IMG/VR virus record: IMGVR_UViG_3300031084_000275
Coordinates: 2,102 to 66,101 of that record
Origin: a virus
Length of the DNA: 64,000 bases
Reading direction: 5' to 3' (one strand)
Shown: positions 44,927 through 54,183 of the stretch, piece by piece
How the letters are laid out: every line of letters begins with the position of its first letter
Numbering within the stretch: the stretch's first letter is position 1
The notes under the pieces: model-generated
Seen by the model: the letters and a program-made list of their open reading frames with translations, nothing else
The model's database searches: none
What the model was told of the DNA's origin: nothing
Made by a program: the position numbers and the translations under genes

Positions 44927-45687
44927 TTCGTCGCCTCGTAGCCGATCCAGTACGCATTCAGGTCAAGATCGCGGATCTCGTCAAAAAGCAGCACCGCAAG
45001 CTCGTCGTCAAGGACATCAAGCACGTCTTGTGAAGCACCGGCCCTAAGGAAGCAGAAGACGCCCCCTTGACGTTGCTCATCATCAACCTCAAAGCGAGCA
45101 CCTTCCACGCGAATCTTGTTCTCGGAAAGCAGCCGCATGGCAACTTCATGGCATCGCGAGGCAAGATCCGGCGCTACCCCTGACGACGCAAGTCTTTCGG
45201 TCAACTGCAAGCCAATCTCCCATGCATCGTTTTGAGTTGGAGCGCGATCGGGGGTCCGTTTTGCATAATCCACGATCATGGCCCCAGCTTTCGCATGCAT
45301 TCCTATGATCTTCGCATCGGCGATCGCTGCCCGGAGAAGATCAAGGTCGGCCTTACTAGTGTCGGCCGCACGCTCGGATGCCGCAGATGATCTGAAATAG
45401 TCTCCAGCCAGCCGAAGAGCAATTGAGTAGTGCCTGAGGAGGCGACTCGACGTCCCTTGCCTGAGGGCCGACTCGAAGTTCGAGACGACGCCCTTGAGGT
45501 TCCACCGCCACCCTTCTATGTGACCAAGTAAGATGCAGCCATCAATGTAGGAAGCATTGGCCCGCACCTTCTCCGCCTTTCGCCTCAAACCCGCTGCACT
45601 AACCTCGTCGATCGTCCCGTCGACGACGGCCGCTCGGATTTCGGCTAGCACTTCAGCGGTGATGTTTGCTTTCTCGGTTTGGTGCAT
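44923..45687 (-). CDS. TPR-like helical protein with C-terminal alpha/beta domain
   Basis: Helical repeats (CILLGHI...NFESAL...HYSIAL); 4-bp overlap with HEPN. Confidence 0.65.
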   Translation of the reverse strand: MHQTEKANITAEVLAEIRAAVVDGTIDEVSAAGLRRKAEKVRANASYIDGCILLGHIEGWRWNLKGVVSNFESALRQGTSSRLLRHYSIALRLAGDYFRSSAASERAADTSKADLDLLRAAIADAKIIGMHAKAGAMIVDYAKRTPDRAPTQNDAWEIGLQLTERLASSGVAPDLASRCHEVAMRLLSENKIRVEGARFEVDDEQRQGGVFCFLRAGASQDVLDVLDDELAVLLFDEIRDLDLNAYWIGYEATK

Positions 45688-46326
45688 GGCTCTCGGGGGA
45701 CAGGAACAAAAACACCCGGTGCCATCGCGTCCGCAATCAACGCTTGGCATTCCGGGTGCTTAGACCGAGCAGGCCGCCGTAGCAGCGAGTTCGGTTGTTG
45801 ACGACTTGGTCAACAAGCCTTGAATCGTACAGCAACCAACAAAAAAAACGGGCAAGATTTTAGGCTAAAGATTGAGGCCGATAAAATAGTAGGGACCTTT
45901 TAGCTAAGTTAACGGCAGCAAATTGGGTTCCTAAAGCACCTAAGTTAGCGCAAAGACAACATTGCGTACCCTAGTAGACCGACCGAAAAGCCTTACGCAC
46001 CGCCGATCATTCCCGTACGAAGAAATCCGGCTGTACCGTTCGTCGGATGCTCGTAGATGATCACGACGCTTCTTTCATATCGGTGCGATGACCGAAGTTT
46101 GCAATCGATTGCACCGTCTATGCCACAGTCGGCCGGCCATGCTCCTGAGCAGATAATCGGTGCCAAGGTGGCCACCGATCGCCGGCCTTTGCACTTAAAC
46201 GCTGCTAGCTAGAGTGGGGCGACGTGAGTCTCAACATTGGGATGATGCAAGGAGGATCGCCGATCAAGCCTTGCGCCAACGAAGCAGACGGACGCCCGCC
46301 AACGTAACCTTTTCGTAACATTGACC

Positions 46327-46974
46327 ATGACCAAGAGCAAAGCACTGATCATGTTGGCGGCAGCAGGCATGCTGGCTTCCGCAATTTCCCCAAGCCAAAG
46401 CGCGGAACCGCCTGCGCCCGCCGCAGGCAGCCAGGGTGCGTTCGGACTAGAAATTGGGTCCACCATCGAGCAGCTCTCGAAAAACGGTGTTCGAGTCACA
46501 CCTGCCGGGCCGCCGCTTCTCTACATGATCAGCTCGGTTCCTCTCCCCCATGCAGCCTTCGAAGGTTACATCCTAACCATCTCTCCTACGGTCGGCTTGT
46601 GCTCGGTCCTGGGGTCGGGCAAAGGCATCACCACCGATTCATTCGGTACCACCCTGCGAGCAGAATTTGACGGGTTGGCTGAAGCGCTTAAGGCGAGGTA
46701 CGGAAATCCGACGACCAAGGTCGATCGTGTTTTACCAGGGAGCATCTGGAACCAGCCTCGTGACTTCATGATGGGCATGCTTCAGCGTGAACGGACGCTT
46801 ATCAGTCTCTGGGAGAGAGACAAAAAATCTGCGTTGCCTTCGACGCTCCAGGAGATCGTCCTGGGAGCGAGAGCACGGCAATCCGATACGGCATCTATTG
46901 CTCTGCAATACCGGTTCACGAACTATAAAAAATGCGAAGCTGAGGTTGCTTCAGCTGCCAACAAGGGCCTCTAG
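46327..46974 (+). CDS. Secreted or periplasmic protein in the immunity region
   Basis: Signal peptide; AFGLEIG...; ends at a terminator. Confidence 0.75.
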   Translation: MTKSKALIMLAAAGMLASAISPSQSAEPPAPAAGSQGAFGLEIGSTIEQLSKNGVRVTPAGPPLLYMISSVPLPHAAFEGYILTISPTVGLCSVLGSGKGITTDSFGTTLRAEFDGLAEALKARYGNPTTKVDRVLPGSIWNQPRDFMMGMLQRERTLISLWERDKKSALPSTLQEIVLGARARQSDTASIALQYRFTNYKKCEAEVASAANKGL

Positions 46975-47046
46975 GCCTTCTCCCGCCTGGCGAAGCTGTC
47001 TTCTAACGGCTTACTTTGCCCGATCAGCCCTTAAGAGGTCTTGACT

Positions 47047-47070
47047 AGCCCGCCATGCGCGGGCTTTTTT
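47047..47070 (+). terminator. Intrinsic terminator upstream of OL
   Basis: AGCCCGC...GCGGGCTTTTTT. Confidence 0.75.
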
Positions 47071-47104
47071 TCGTCCACTGGAATCTGGCCCGACCAGCTT
47101 CCGC

Positions 47105-47178
47105 TATGGCATGGCTAACTCTCCAAAAGCAAATAGTTAGCCATAGCTATTGACACGATGTTAGCTATGGCTAATACT
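47105..47178 (+). promoter_or_regulatory. OL1-3 operators and pL
   Basis: TATGGCATGGCTAA 47105, TTAGCCATAGCTAT 47137, TTAGCTATGGCTAA 47161; TTGACA-N17-AATACT. Confidence 0.85.
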
Positions 47179-47262
47179 CCATCAACGGTTCAAACAAAGC
47201 CGCCAGCCCTCCCCGCCAGACAGCAATGCCAGCGGACGAGGCACGACCGAAGACCGCAAGAC

Positions 47263-47274
47263 CGCTCCTTAACC
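47263..47274 (+). promoter_or_regulatory. boxA-like antitermination element
   Basis: CGCTCCTTAACC versus consensus GCTCTTTAACA, about 80 nt after pL. Confidence 0.5.
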
Positions 47275-47626
47275 ATCGGCGCGCCAGCAGAACCGGCCGC
47301 CAACGATCCGATAAACAGTGCGCCACCGCCAACGCGGGAGTTTGCGCACCAGCCCGACTCCCCTGGGGCTGAAGACAAACCAGGGCAATCCGTCAGTCAC
47401 CGGAACGCTGCGCTCAATGGGGAGCGTGCATCGGCCTGGCGGGGACCGCGAGAGCGGCGCCTATCGAATGGGGGCGAGATACCCGAGTTCGCGCAGCTGG
47501 AGACAAACGGCGCATGGAGACAGACATGCAAGCGCGGGCTGAGACGAAACGATTCGGCTGCTGGATACGGCAGCCGGCATCTACCGCCGCCCTGATAACA
47601 GGACGGCGATTCATGCGGAGAACGAT

Positions 47627-47899
47627 GTGGAAATCAACCAGCTCAAGCAGGTCAAGGTGAACGCCAAGACCTTAAAGATCCACTGCAAAGTGACTGACCG
47701 CTTCCAGTACTCGATCGAGGACGCGGACGGCCAAGTGCTGCACGAGCAAGACGATGGCTACGTGCCCGACTTTATGCCCGGCCAGCACTACGGCGACTAC
47801 GTGATCCTCGACATCGACCTGGACACCGGCGTTGTGAAGAACTGGAGGACGCCGAGCGCCGAGCAGATCGAGCAGGCAATCAAGAACGCTGACGACTGA
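47627..47899 (+). CDS. Conserved phage hypothetical protein
   Basis: GGAG RBS; GYVPDFMPGQHYGDY. Confidence 0.75.
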   Translation: MEINQLKQVKVNAKTLKIHCKVTDRFQYSIEDADGQVLHEQDDGYVPDFMPGQHYGDYVILDIDLDTGVVKNWRTPSAEQIEQAIKNADD

Positions 47900-47941
47900 T
47901 CAACCCTCTCCGCCCAGGCGGGCAGCACTCAAGGAAAGAGC

Positions 47942-48274
47942 ATGGCATCGAAAGAAGAGCTTGAAACCGTAGTGGCCCAGGCCCGGGCGTCGCTGGAGGC
48001 TGCCGAGGCGGAGCTTGCAGCCTTTGAGTCGAAGGCTGAAAACCACGTGTATGCCTCCACGGAGGAAGCTGAGGGCGTTCTTGAAGAGCTCCTGCGTGAT
48101 CGCGCGTTCGAGGATTGCCAAGGCGCAGGCAACTGCGGCGCCGACGAGTATCGCCAGGAATTCATCGTCGATGGTGTGACCTGGGTCGGCGTGCTGAACG
48201 TCGAATACAACCGCCACGACAAGACCTACTACTACATCGAAAGCGCCGACTTCAGCATCGAATCGAAGCCTTAG
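47942..48274 (+). CDS. Acidic phage hypothetical protein
   Basis: 110-aa ORF with RBS. Confidence 0.7.
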   Translation: MASKEELETVVAQARASLEAAEAELAAFESKAENHVYASTEEAEGVLEELLRDRAFEDCQGAGNCGADEYRQEFIVDGVTWVGVLNVEYNRHDKTYYYIESADFSIESKP

Positions 48275-48412
48275 CCCTCTCGTCCGGCAAAATATTCGAC
48301 CTACAGCAAAGAAAGTTAGCAGCATCCTCAGCTTGCGTGCCTATACAAGTCGACCGGTTCGCCAAGGCCGGCCGGGCGCCCGGCTCTTCACGGGCAGCAA
48401 ATGGAGATGTCG

Positions 48413-48481
48413 ATGCCAAATACCCCATGGGCTTGGATTGTCGTACTGCTGATGATGCTTCTCTTCAAGCTCTACGGCTGA
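48413..48481 (+). CDS. 22-aa hydrophobic peptide MPNTPWAWIVVLLMMLLFKLYG
   Basis: GGAG 6 nt upstream; single TM helix. Confidence 0.45.
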   Translation: MPNTPWAWIVVLLMMLLFKLYG

Positions 48482-49030
48482 TGCTGTATCGCCCTGGCGA
48501 GGCAACAGATTGAAGCTAACAAGCAGCGGCGCGTGACTGCGCCAATGCAACCCAACCGTTCGGCACGCGCCGAAGCTGGAACCGTAACCAGCACCTTCAT
48601 ACCCCGGATTTTTGAATCACCGGCCGACATGTGGGATGCGCATGCGGCGGAGCTTGGTACGAACAGGCGCGGGACATGAGGGTGAGCAGGAATCCAGCAG
48701 GTCACCGGACTATGTAAGCCGGCCAGCCAGGAACAACACGGCGGTAAGTCGTGCCGCTGGGATACGGGTAGCACCCGGCCTAACCTCTTCAAACAGCGGA
48801 CACCACGACCAGCATATTCCCCCCGCGTGCGCACAACGAGTGACGGCTGGGCGCGCACGCGCCGCCAGTACTGACCGGCTTGCCGGCATAGGGGTGGAAG
48901 TCCCTGTTGCGCGATGAAGTGGCCGCCTGCCCTGGGTGGCAGCGCGAGGCAATGCCCGATTCGGTGGAAAGCCGGTCCCATTCGATTCCGCGCCCGGCGG
49001 GTTATCTCCGGGCATTCCCCTGGAGCACCG

Positions 49031-49222
49031 ATGACCCCGCGCTGGGATAGCCCCCGCCTGGGCGGCGCCCGCTCGACGCGAGCCGAGGCCGCCTTCTACG
49101 ACACCGACCCGCCGCCTGAGCCTGACGCTGATCCGCATGCGATCTGGTGGGCACGCCGGCGCGCCGCGATCAAACGACTGGCCGAGCGGCGTGAGCGCCG
49201 GGCCGCCCTGGAACCGACATGA
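49031..49222 (+). CDS. Small phage hypothetical protein
   Basis: GGAG RBS; ATGA overlap downstream. Confidence 0.5.
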   Translation: MTPRWDSPRLGGARSTRAEAAFYDTDPPPEPDADPHAIWWARRRAAIKRLAERRERRAALEPT

Positions 49223-49335
49223 ACTGGATCGACGCCGTACTGATCGGCCTCGCCGCCGCCGCCCCGACGATCATCCTGTTCGCCGGGTTCGATGCGTTTC
49301 TGCAGGACAGGAAGAACAAGGGAGAAGAGCGATGA
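49219..49335 (+). CDS. 38-aa single-TM peptide
   Basis: MNWIDAVLIGLAAAAPTIILFAGF...; ATGA overlaps at both ends. Confidence 0.55.
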   Translation: MNWIDAVLIGLAAAAPTIILFAGFDAFLQDRKNKGEER

Positions 49336-49655
49336 GCTATGCGCACACACCAGGGCCTTGGCGTGTGGCCGAGGCCTGCGCCACCAAGTATCAGCAGACT
49401 TCGATGAGGCGTATCCGAAGTGAGAAGGAAGGCATGGAGCACGGTGCGGTCTGTGAGGTGTACGGCATAGCGGACGGCTCTGAAGCTGCTGCGAATGCCC
49501 GCCTGATCGCCTCCGCGCCCGAGCTTCTTGGAGCGCTGGAACGCCTGCACCGGTGGACGCAAGCGGCGTCGCCAGCCTGCGAGTTCGCTGGCGACCATCC
49601 CATCGCCGTTGCTCGTGCTGCCATCACCAAAGCCACCGGAGAAACGCCGTGCTGA
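49332..49655 (+). CDS. HTPGPW-motif phage protein
   Basis: HTPGPW...ANARLIASAPELL. Confidence 0.75.
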   Translation: MSYAHTPGPWRVAEACATKYQQTSMRRIRSEKEGMEHGAVCEVYGIADGSEAAANARLIASAPELLGALERLHRWTQAASPACEFAGDHPIAVARAAITKATGETPC

Positions 49656-49900
49656 AGATGACACCCTACCGCTGCTTCCTCTTCCTGATGTTCGCCCTGT
49701 GCGTCGGCCTGGCTGGCCGGAACGACATGCTCCGCGACGAGCAGGACATGGCCGAGTTCGCTGACGAATCGCGGGCCGGCATGGTGGCTCGCATGGCTGA
49801 AGACCAGTGCGGCGAGCCTGCAATCAAGACGAGCCGCGGCCTTCGCTGCGCACGAGACATCAACCCGGCGCTTGTCGCCAATGCAGGAGAGACGCGATGA
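49649..49900 (+). CDS. Small phage protein with N-terminal TM
   Basis: Overlapped chain. Confidence 0.55.
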   Translation: MLKMTPYRCFLFLMFALCVGLAGRNDMLRDEQDMAEFADESRAGMVARMAEDQCGEPAIKTSRGLRCARDINPALVANAGETR

Positions 49901-51126
49901 GCGAGATGGCAGAACTCGAGGTGCTGGATGCTCCGAGCACGATTGTCGAGTACAGCGCTACTGAGGCGGCGCTGGCCGATCTGCGCCAGCGCTTCGCCGG
50001 TGTGCAGTTCGATCTGACCACCACCAAGGGCAGAGACGCGATCACAAAGGGCCGCGCCGAAGTTCGTGGCTACCGCACCGGCCTGGAAAAGAAGCGGAAA
50101 GAGGTCAAAGCGCCAGTTCTGGAGCTGGCACGCAGGATCGACGCGGAAGCCGAGCGGATCACCGCCGAGTTGCTGCTGATCGAGGAACCTCTGACAGCGC
50201 AGATCGATGCCGACGACGCACGCCGAGCCGCCGAGAAGGCGGAGCGCGATCGCCTCGAAGCCGAGCGCGTCGCCGCGGCCCAGGCCAAGATCGACGAAAT
50301 CAACGCCTACCCGGTGCGCGCCGCCACGGCGGACGCCGCCGGCATCCAGGACCTGCACGACGAACTGGCCGGCATCGAGCCCAGCTTGGAGGCCTACGGC
50401 AACCGCGCCGGCGAAGCCATCCAGGCGCGCGACAAGGCGCTGACGACGCTGGCAGGTCTGCATGCCGCCGCGCTGGCTCGAGAAGAAGCCGCCCGCGTGC
50501 TTGCCGAACAGCAAGAGCAGCTGCGCCAGGCTCAGGCAGCGCAGGCCGAGCGCGAACGCATTGCCCAGGCTGCGCTCGCCGAGCAGGAGCGGATTGCGCG
50601 TGAGGCCCGCGAAGCTGAGGACGCCAGGATCGCCCAGCAACGCCAGGCTGAGGCAGACGCCGCCCGCGCTCGACAGGAAAAGATCGAAGAAGCCAACGCA
50701 GCGGCTGCCGCCGAGCTGAAGCGGCAGCAGGACGAGTTCGAAGCCCGCCAGCGCGCTGACCAAGAGCGCCGTGACGCCGAGGCCCGTGCGGTGCGCGAGG
50801 CCGCCGAAGCTGCGGAGCGCGAGCGCCAAGCAGTGATCGATGCCGAAGCCGCCCGCGTGGCGGCCGAAGCCGACGCCGAACGCAAGCGCATCCAGGCGGA
50901 AGCTGACGAGGCCGCCCGCGTCGAGCGCGAAGCCGCCGAAGCGCGCCAGCGCAAAGAAGAAGCGGAGCGCGCCGCCCGTGTCGCCGCTGATACCCGTATG
51001 CGCAACGCAGCGCCGGCTATGCACCGCGCCCTCACCCTCTGGATCGCCGCCGAGCAATCAGGCGACGCCGACGAACTGCAGCAGGCACGGGAAGCGCGCG
51101 ACGAAGCGCTGACCGAGGCCGAGTAA
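49897..51126 (+). CDS. Long coiled-coil phage protein
   Basis: EKKRKEVKAPVL...IDAEA; A/E/R-rich. Confidence 0.8.
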   Translation: MSEMAELEVLDAPSTIVEYSATEAALADLRQRFAGVQFDLTTTKGRDAITKGRAEVRGYRTGLEKKRKEVKAPVLELARRIDAEAERITAELLLIEEPLTAQIDADDARRAAEKAERDRLEAERVAAAQAKIDEINAYPVRAATADAAGIQDLHDELAGIEPSLEAYGNRAGEAIQARDKALTTLAGLHAAALAREEAARVLAEQQEQLRQAQAAQAERERIAQAALAEQERIAREAREAEDARIAQQRQAEADAARARQEKIEEANAAAAAELKRQQDEFEARQRADQERRDAEARAVREAAEAAERERQAVIDAEAARVAAEADAERKRIQAEADEAARVEREAAEARQRKEEAERAARVAADTRMRNAAPAMHRALTLWIAAEQSGDADELQQAREARDEALTEAE

Positions 51127-51142
51127 CCACCAAGGAAAAGCA

Positions 51143-51928
51143 ATGAACGCAGTTATCGATGCAACGCGGCAAGAGTTGCCGGCGGTGCAGCAGGAAAGCG
51201 CCCTGGCGCTTACGTCGCCCGCCGGCATGATGATGGCGGCACTGAAGGCCGGTGCATCGCTGGAGCAGGTCGAGAAGATGATGGACCTGCAGGAGCGCTG
51301 GGAGGCGAACGAGGCGCGCAAGGCCTTTGTCGAATCGATGGCGGAGTTCAAGAAGAACCCGCCCGAGATCTTCAAGACCAAGGCCGTGGGATTCGACAGC
51401 AACAACGGCGGGTCACGCACCTCTTACATGCATGCGACCCTGGCCGACGTTGTCGGGCCAACTGTGGCGGCCCTGGCGCGGCACGGCTTCAGCCACCGGT
51501 GGGACACGCAGCAGCCGGACGGCGGGATGATCGTCGTGTCCTGCATCCTGACTCACGCCAAGGGGCACAGCGAGTCCACCACCCTGCGCGCCGGTAGCGA
51601 CCAGTCGGGCAAGAAGAACGCCATCCAGGCGGTGGCGTCCACTGTGACCTACCTGGAGCGCTACACACTGCTTTCTGCCTGCGGCTTGGCGACCAAGGAC
51701 ATGCAGGAAGACGACGGCGCCGGATACAGCGCTGGCGACGGCGAGCGACCGGACATCAGCGTCGAGGCCATGATCAACGCGGCCCGCCAGACGACCACCG
51801 ACGCGGACGCACTGCGCTACTGGAAAGATCACAACGCCTTGCTGAAAGACTGGCCGCGTGAACACCGCCTTCTGAAAGACGCCGTATCCCTTCACCGTGC
51901 CAGCCTGGCAAAAGGAACACCGCAATGA
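51143..51928 (+). CDS. erf: ERF-family ssDNA annealing protein
   Basis: YMHATL...LARHG...HAKGHSE...QAVASTVTYLERY. Confidence 0.85.
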   Translation: MNAVIDATRQELPAVQQESALALTSPAGMMMAALKAGASLEQVEKMMDLQERWEANEARKAFVESMAEFKKNPPEIFKTKAVGFDSNNGGSRTSYMHATLADVVGPTVAALARHGFSHRWDTQQPDGGMIVVSCILTHAKGHSESTTLRAGSDQSGKKNAIQAVASTVTYLERYTLLSACGLATKDMQEDDGAGYSAGDGERPDISVEAMINAARQTTTDADALRYWKDHNALLKDWPREHRLLKDAVSLHRASLAKGTPQ

Positions 51929-52584
51929 TCATCCTCACCCACACCCAGGGCAGCAAAGAATGGCTGCAGGCGCGTGCCGGTGTCATCACCGCGTCGCGCT
52001 TCGCTGATGCCCGTGCCAAGCTGGAGCGCGCCAGCAAGAACGGCAAGGCCGGCGACCCGGCCGCTTCGGCGCTGAAGTATGCGTGGACGATCGCCATGGA
52101 GCAGATCGCCGGCGAGCCCCTCGACCAGACGTTCGTGACCTGGCAGATGGAACGCGGCACGAATCTGGAGGGCGAGGCCCGCATTGCGTACGAAGCGCGC
52201 ACCGGTGCGCTCGTTGAGGAATCCGGCCTGCTGCTAACCGACGACGGCGTGTTCGGCTACTCGTCCGACGGCTTCGTCGAGAGCGACGGGATGATCGAAG
52301 TCAAGTGCCCGTCGGCCTGCGACAAGCTCGGCGCCATCTGGACCAACCCTGAAGACGCCCACCTCGAATACATCGACCAGATCAACGGCGGCATGTGGAT
52401 CGCCGGCCGCAAGTGGTGCGACCTAGTCGTGTACTGCCCCTGGCTCGCACCGGTGGGGAAAGAGCTGTTCATCAAGCGCATCGTGCGCGACGACAACGCG
52501 GTCGATGCCCTGGTCGCCGACCTGTGGCAATTCAAGCTGCTGACCGACAGCTACATCACCGCCCTCAAGAAGGAAGCTGCGTAA
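51925..52584 (+). CDS. YqaJ/lambda-exonuclease family nuclease
   Basis: QGSKEWLQARAG.ITAS; YSSDG; IEVKCP; QINGGMW. Confidence 0.9.
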   Translation: MIILTHTQGSKEWLQARAGVITASRFADARAKLERASKNGKAGDPAASALKYAWTIAMEQIAGEPLDQTFVTWQMERGTNLEGEARIAYEARTGALVEESGLLLTDDGVFGYSSDGFVESDGMIEVKCPSACDKLGAIWTNPEDAHLEYIDQINGGMWIAGRKWCDLVVYCPWLAPVGKELFIKRIVRDDNAVDALVADLWQFKLLTDSYITALKKEAA

Positions 52585-53036
52585 TGCCCCAACTTTTCGG
52601 ATTTGCGCGGCTCGGCCGCGATGCGGAACTGCGCCACACGAGCCAAGGCGATGCGGTCGCCGGCCTTGCACTTGCGTTCAACTACGGCCGCAAGGGTGAT
52701 GATGGCAACCGGCCTACGCAATGGGTCGAAGCCTCGCTGTGGGGCGCCCGCGCCGAGGCGCTGGCCGATCATCTATTGAAGGGCACAGCGCTGTGTGTGA
52801 CCGTAGACGACGTTCACATCGAGACCTATGAGAAGAACGGTGGCGGCCAGGGAGTGAAGCTCGTCGGCCGCGTCAGCAGCCTGGAGTTCGCTGGTGGTGG
52901 TCAGCAGCCGGAGCGGCAAGCACCGGCGCAGCAGCAACGCTCCGCGCCTCGCCCCTCGGCACCGCGCCACGCTAGCCGCCCTGCACCGGCGCCCGCGCCA
53001 AACTTCGCCGACATGGACGACGATATTCCCTTCTAG
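52584..53036 (+). CDS. ssb: Single-stranded DNA-binding protein
   Basis: RLGRDAELR; C-terminal DDDIPF. Confidence 0.95.
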   Translation: MPQLFGFARLGRDAELRHTSQGDAVAGLALAFNYGRKGDDGNRPTQWVEASLWGARAEALADHLLKGTALCVTVDDVHIETYEKNGGGQGVKLVGRVSSLEFAGGGQQPERQAPAQQQRSAPRPSAPRHASRPAPAPAPNFADMDDDIPF

Positions 53037-53674
53037 GCTGGTCGCATTTTTCTCCACTCACCTAAATCGGCAACAGCATCAAAGATGTCGGGCAAGTCAT
53101 CGACTCGGCACATCAGCTTTCCCAACTTTCCGGCCTCGGTCTGGATGAAACCAGCGGTCAAAATGCACGAATCAACGTGATTCTGAAGAGCGCACTGCTG
53201 TCGATGCTCGGCGTTGCGTTGAATGCGGGTTGTTCTGCCGAGCGCCTCACCTAACGCCATCGATCGTGCTTCGCCGAGCACATCCAAACGGTCGAAACAC
53301 CGCTCGACCGCGGGCATGCTCAGATCGCGCGATAGATCAAGGATGCGCGCAGTAGTTTCTTGATCAGGAGCGCATGGCATGCACGACACCTTTTGCGCGA
53401 GAGATAAGAGCTCGCAGCATTTGATGTAGACGTGCTGCACGTCTGGGAGCACGAACGCAGTGATGGTCTGGCCAGCTGCACGCCGACTGCGGTTAGCGTC
53501 ACGCAGAGCCGCCGTACCGAAGAAACCGGCCACTGCCGCGGCGGCTATTGTCCCTATCGCAGAGGCCACGGCCCAGCCGTCACCTCTCAGGTCGGGCCAA
53601 CCTCTCACCATCACTGCACCAAAAGTCATCACAGCCAGCACGCCTACGACCTCCGGCCATATCGAGTTCTTCAT
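53033..53674 (-). CDS. Moron: two-TM membrane protein, antisense to the pL operon
   Basis: Two N-terminal hydrophobic helices plus a helical domain. Confidence 0.65.
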   Translation of the reverse strand: MKNSIWPEVVGVLAVMTFGAVMVRGWPDLRGDGWAVASAIGTIAAAAVAGFFGTAALRDANRSRRAAGQTITAFVLPDVQHVYIKCCELLSLAQKVSCMPCAPDQETTARILDLSRDLSMPAVERCFDRLDVLGEARSMALGEALGRTTRIQRNAEHRQQCALQNHVDSCILTAGFIQTEAGKLGKLMCRVDDLPDIFDAVADLGEWRKMRPA

Positions 53675-53727
53675 CGCCGCTCCCAAGTAAAGGCGGCCAA
53701 TCATACCCATCCCCAAAGGAGTTGCCG

Positions 53728-54183
53728 ATGTCTGGCATCAACTACTTCCCGCTCGCGGTGCATGCCGTGCGCGTAGATCCGGCCGCGCGGCTGCCGGAGT
53801 ACGCCACCGATGGCAGCGCGGGCTTGGACCTGCGTTCGCTTGAATGGGCCACGGTCGAGCCGGGTCACGCCGTCACGATCGACACCGGCATCGCGATACA
53901 GCCCCCATCGGGCTATGCAACGTTCGTCTATGCGCGCAGCGGCCTTGCGTTCAACCACGGCCTGCGGCTGGCCAATGGCGTCGCTGTGATTGATCGCGAC
54001 TACATCGGGTCGATACAGGTGCGACTGCACAACGACGGGGAGCGGTCCTATGAGGTTACGCCCGGCGAGCGCATCGCCCAGGCCGTCGTCCAGCCGGTAC
54101 CGCGCGTGCAGCTGCTCGAGGTCGAAACGCTCGATGAGACGGCGCGCGGCGCTGGCGGGATTGGCTCGACGGGGAGATCGTGA
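53728..54183 (+). CDS. dut: dUTPase
   Basis: SAGLDL, ARSGLA, GVAVIDRDYIG, ERIAQ, RGAGGIGSTG. Confidence 0.95.
   Translation: MSGINYFPLAVHAVRVDPAARLPEYATDGSAGLDLRSLEWATVEPGHAVTIDTGIAIQPPSGYATFVYARSGLAFNHGLRLANGVAVIDRDYIGSIQVRLHNDGERSYEVTPGERIAQAVVQPVPRVQLLEVETLDETARGAGGIGSTGRS

Noticed and set aside
45860-45950. TTAG/CTAA-rich stretch as extra CI operators
   Set aside because: Only half-sites; no 14-bp match to the operator consensus
45993-46175. 60-aa Cys-containing minus ORF
   Set aside because: No RBS, GTG start, no recognisable motif
47368-47555. Hammerhead ribozyme (CTGAAGA and CGAAAC seen)
   Set aside because: The two core elements are about 170 nt apart, with no stem II/III arrangement or cleavage triplet I could build
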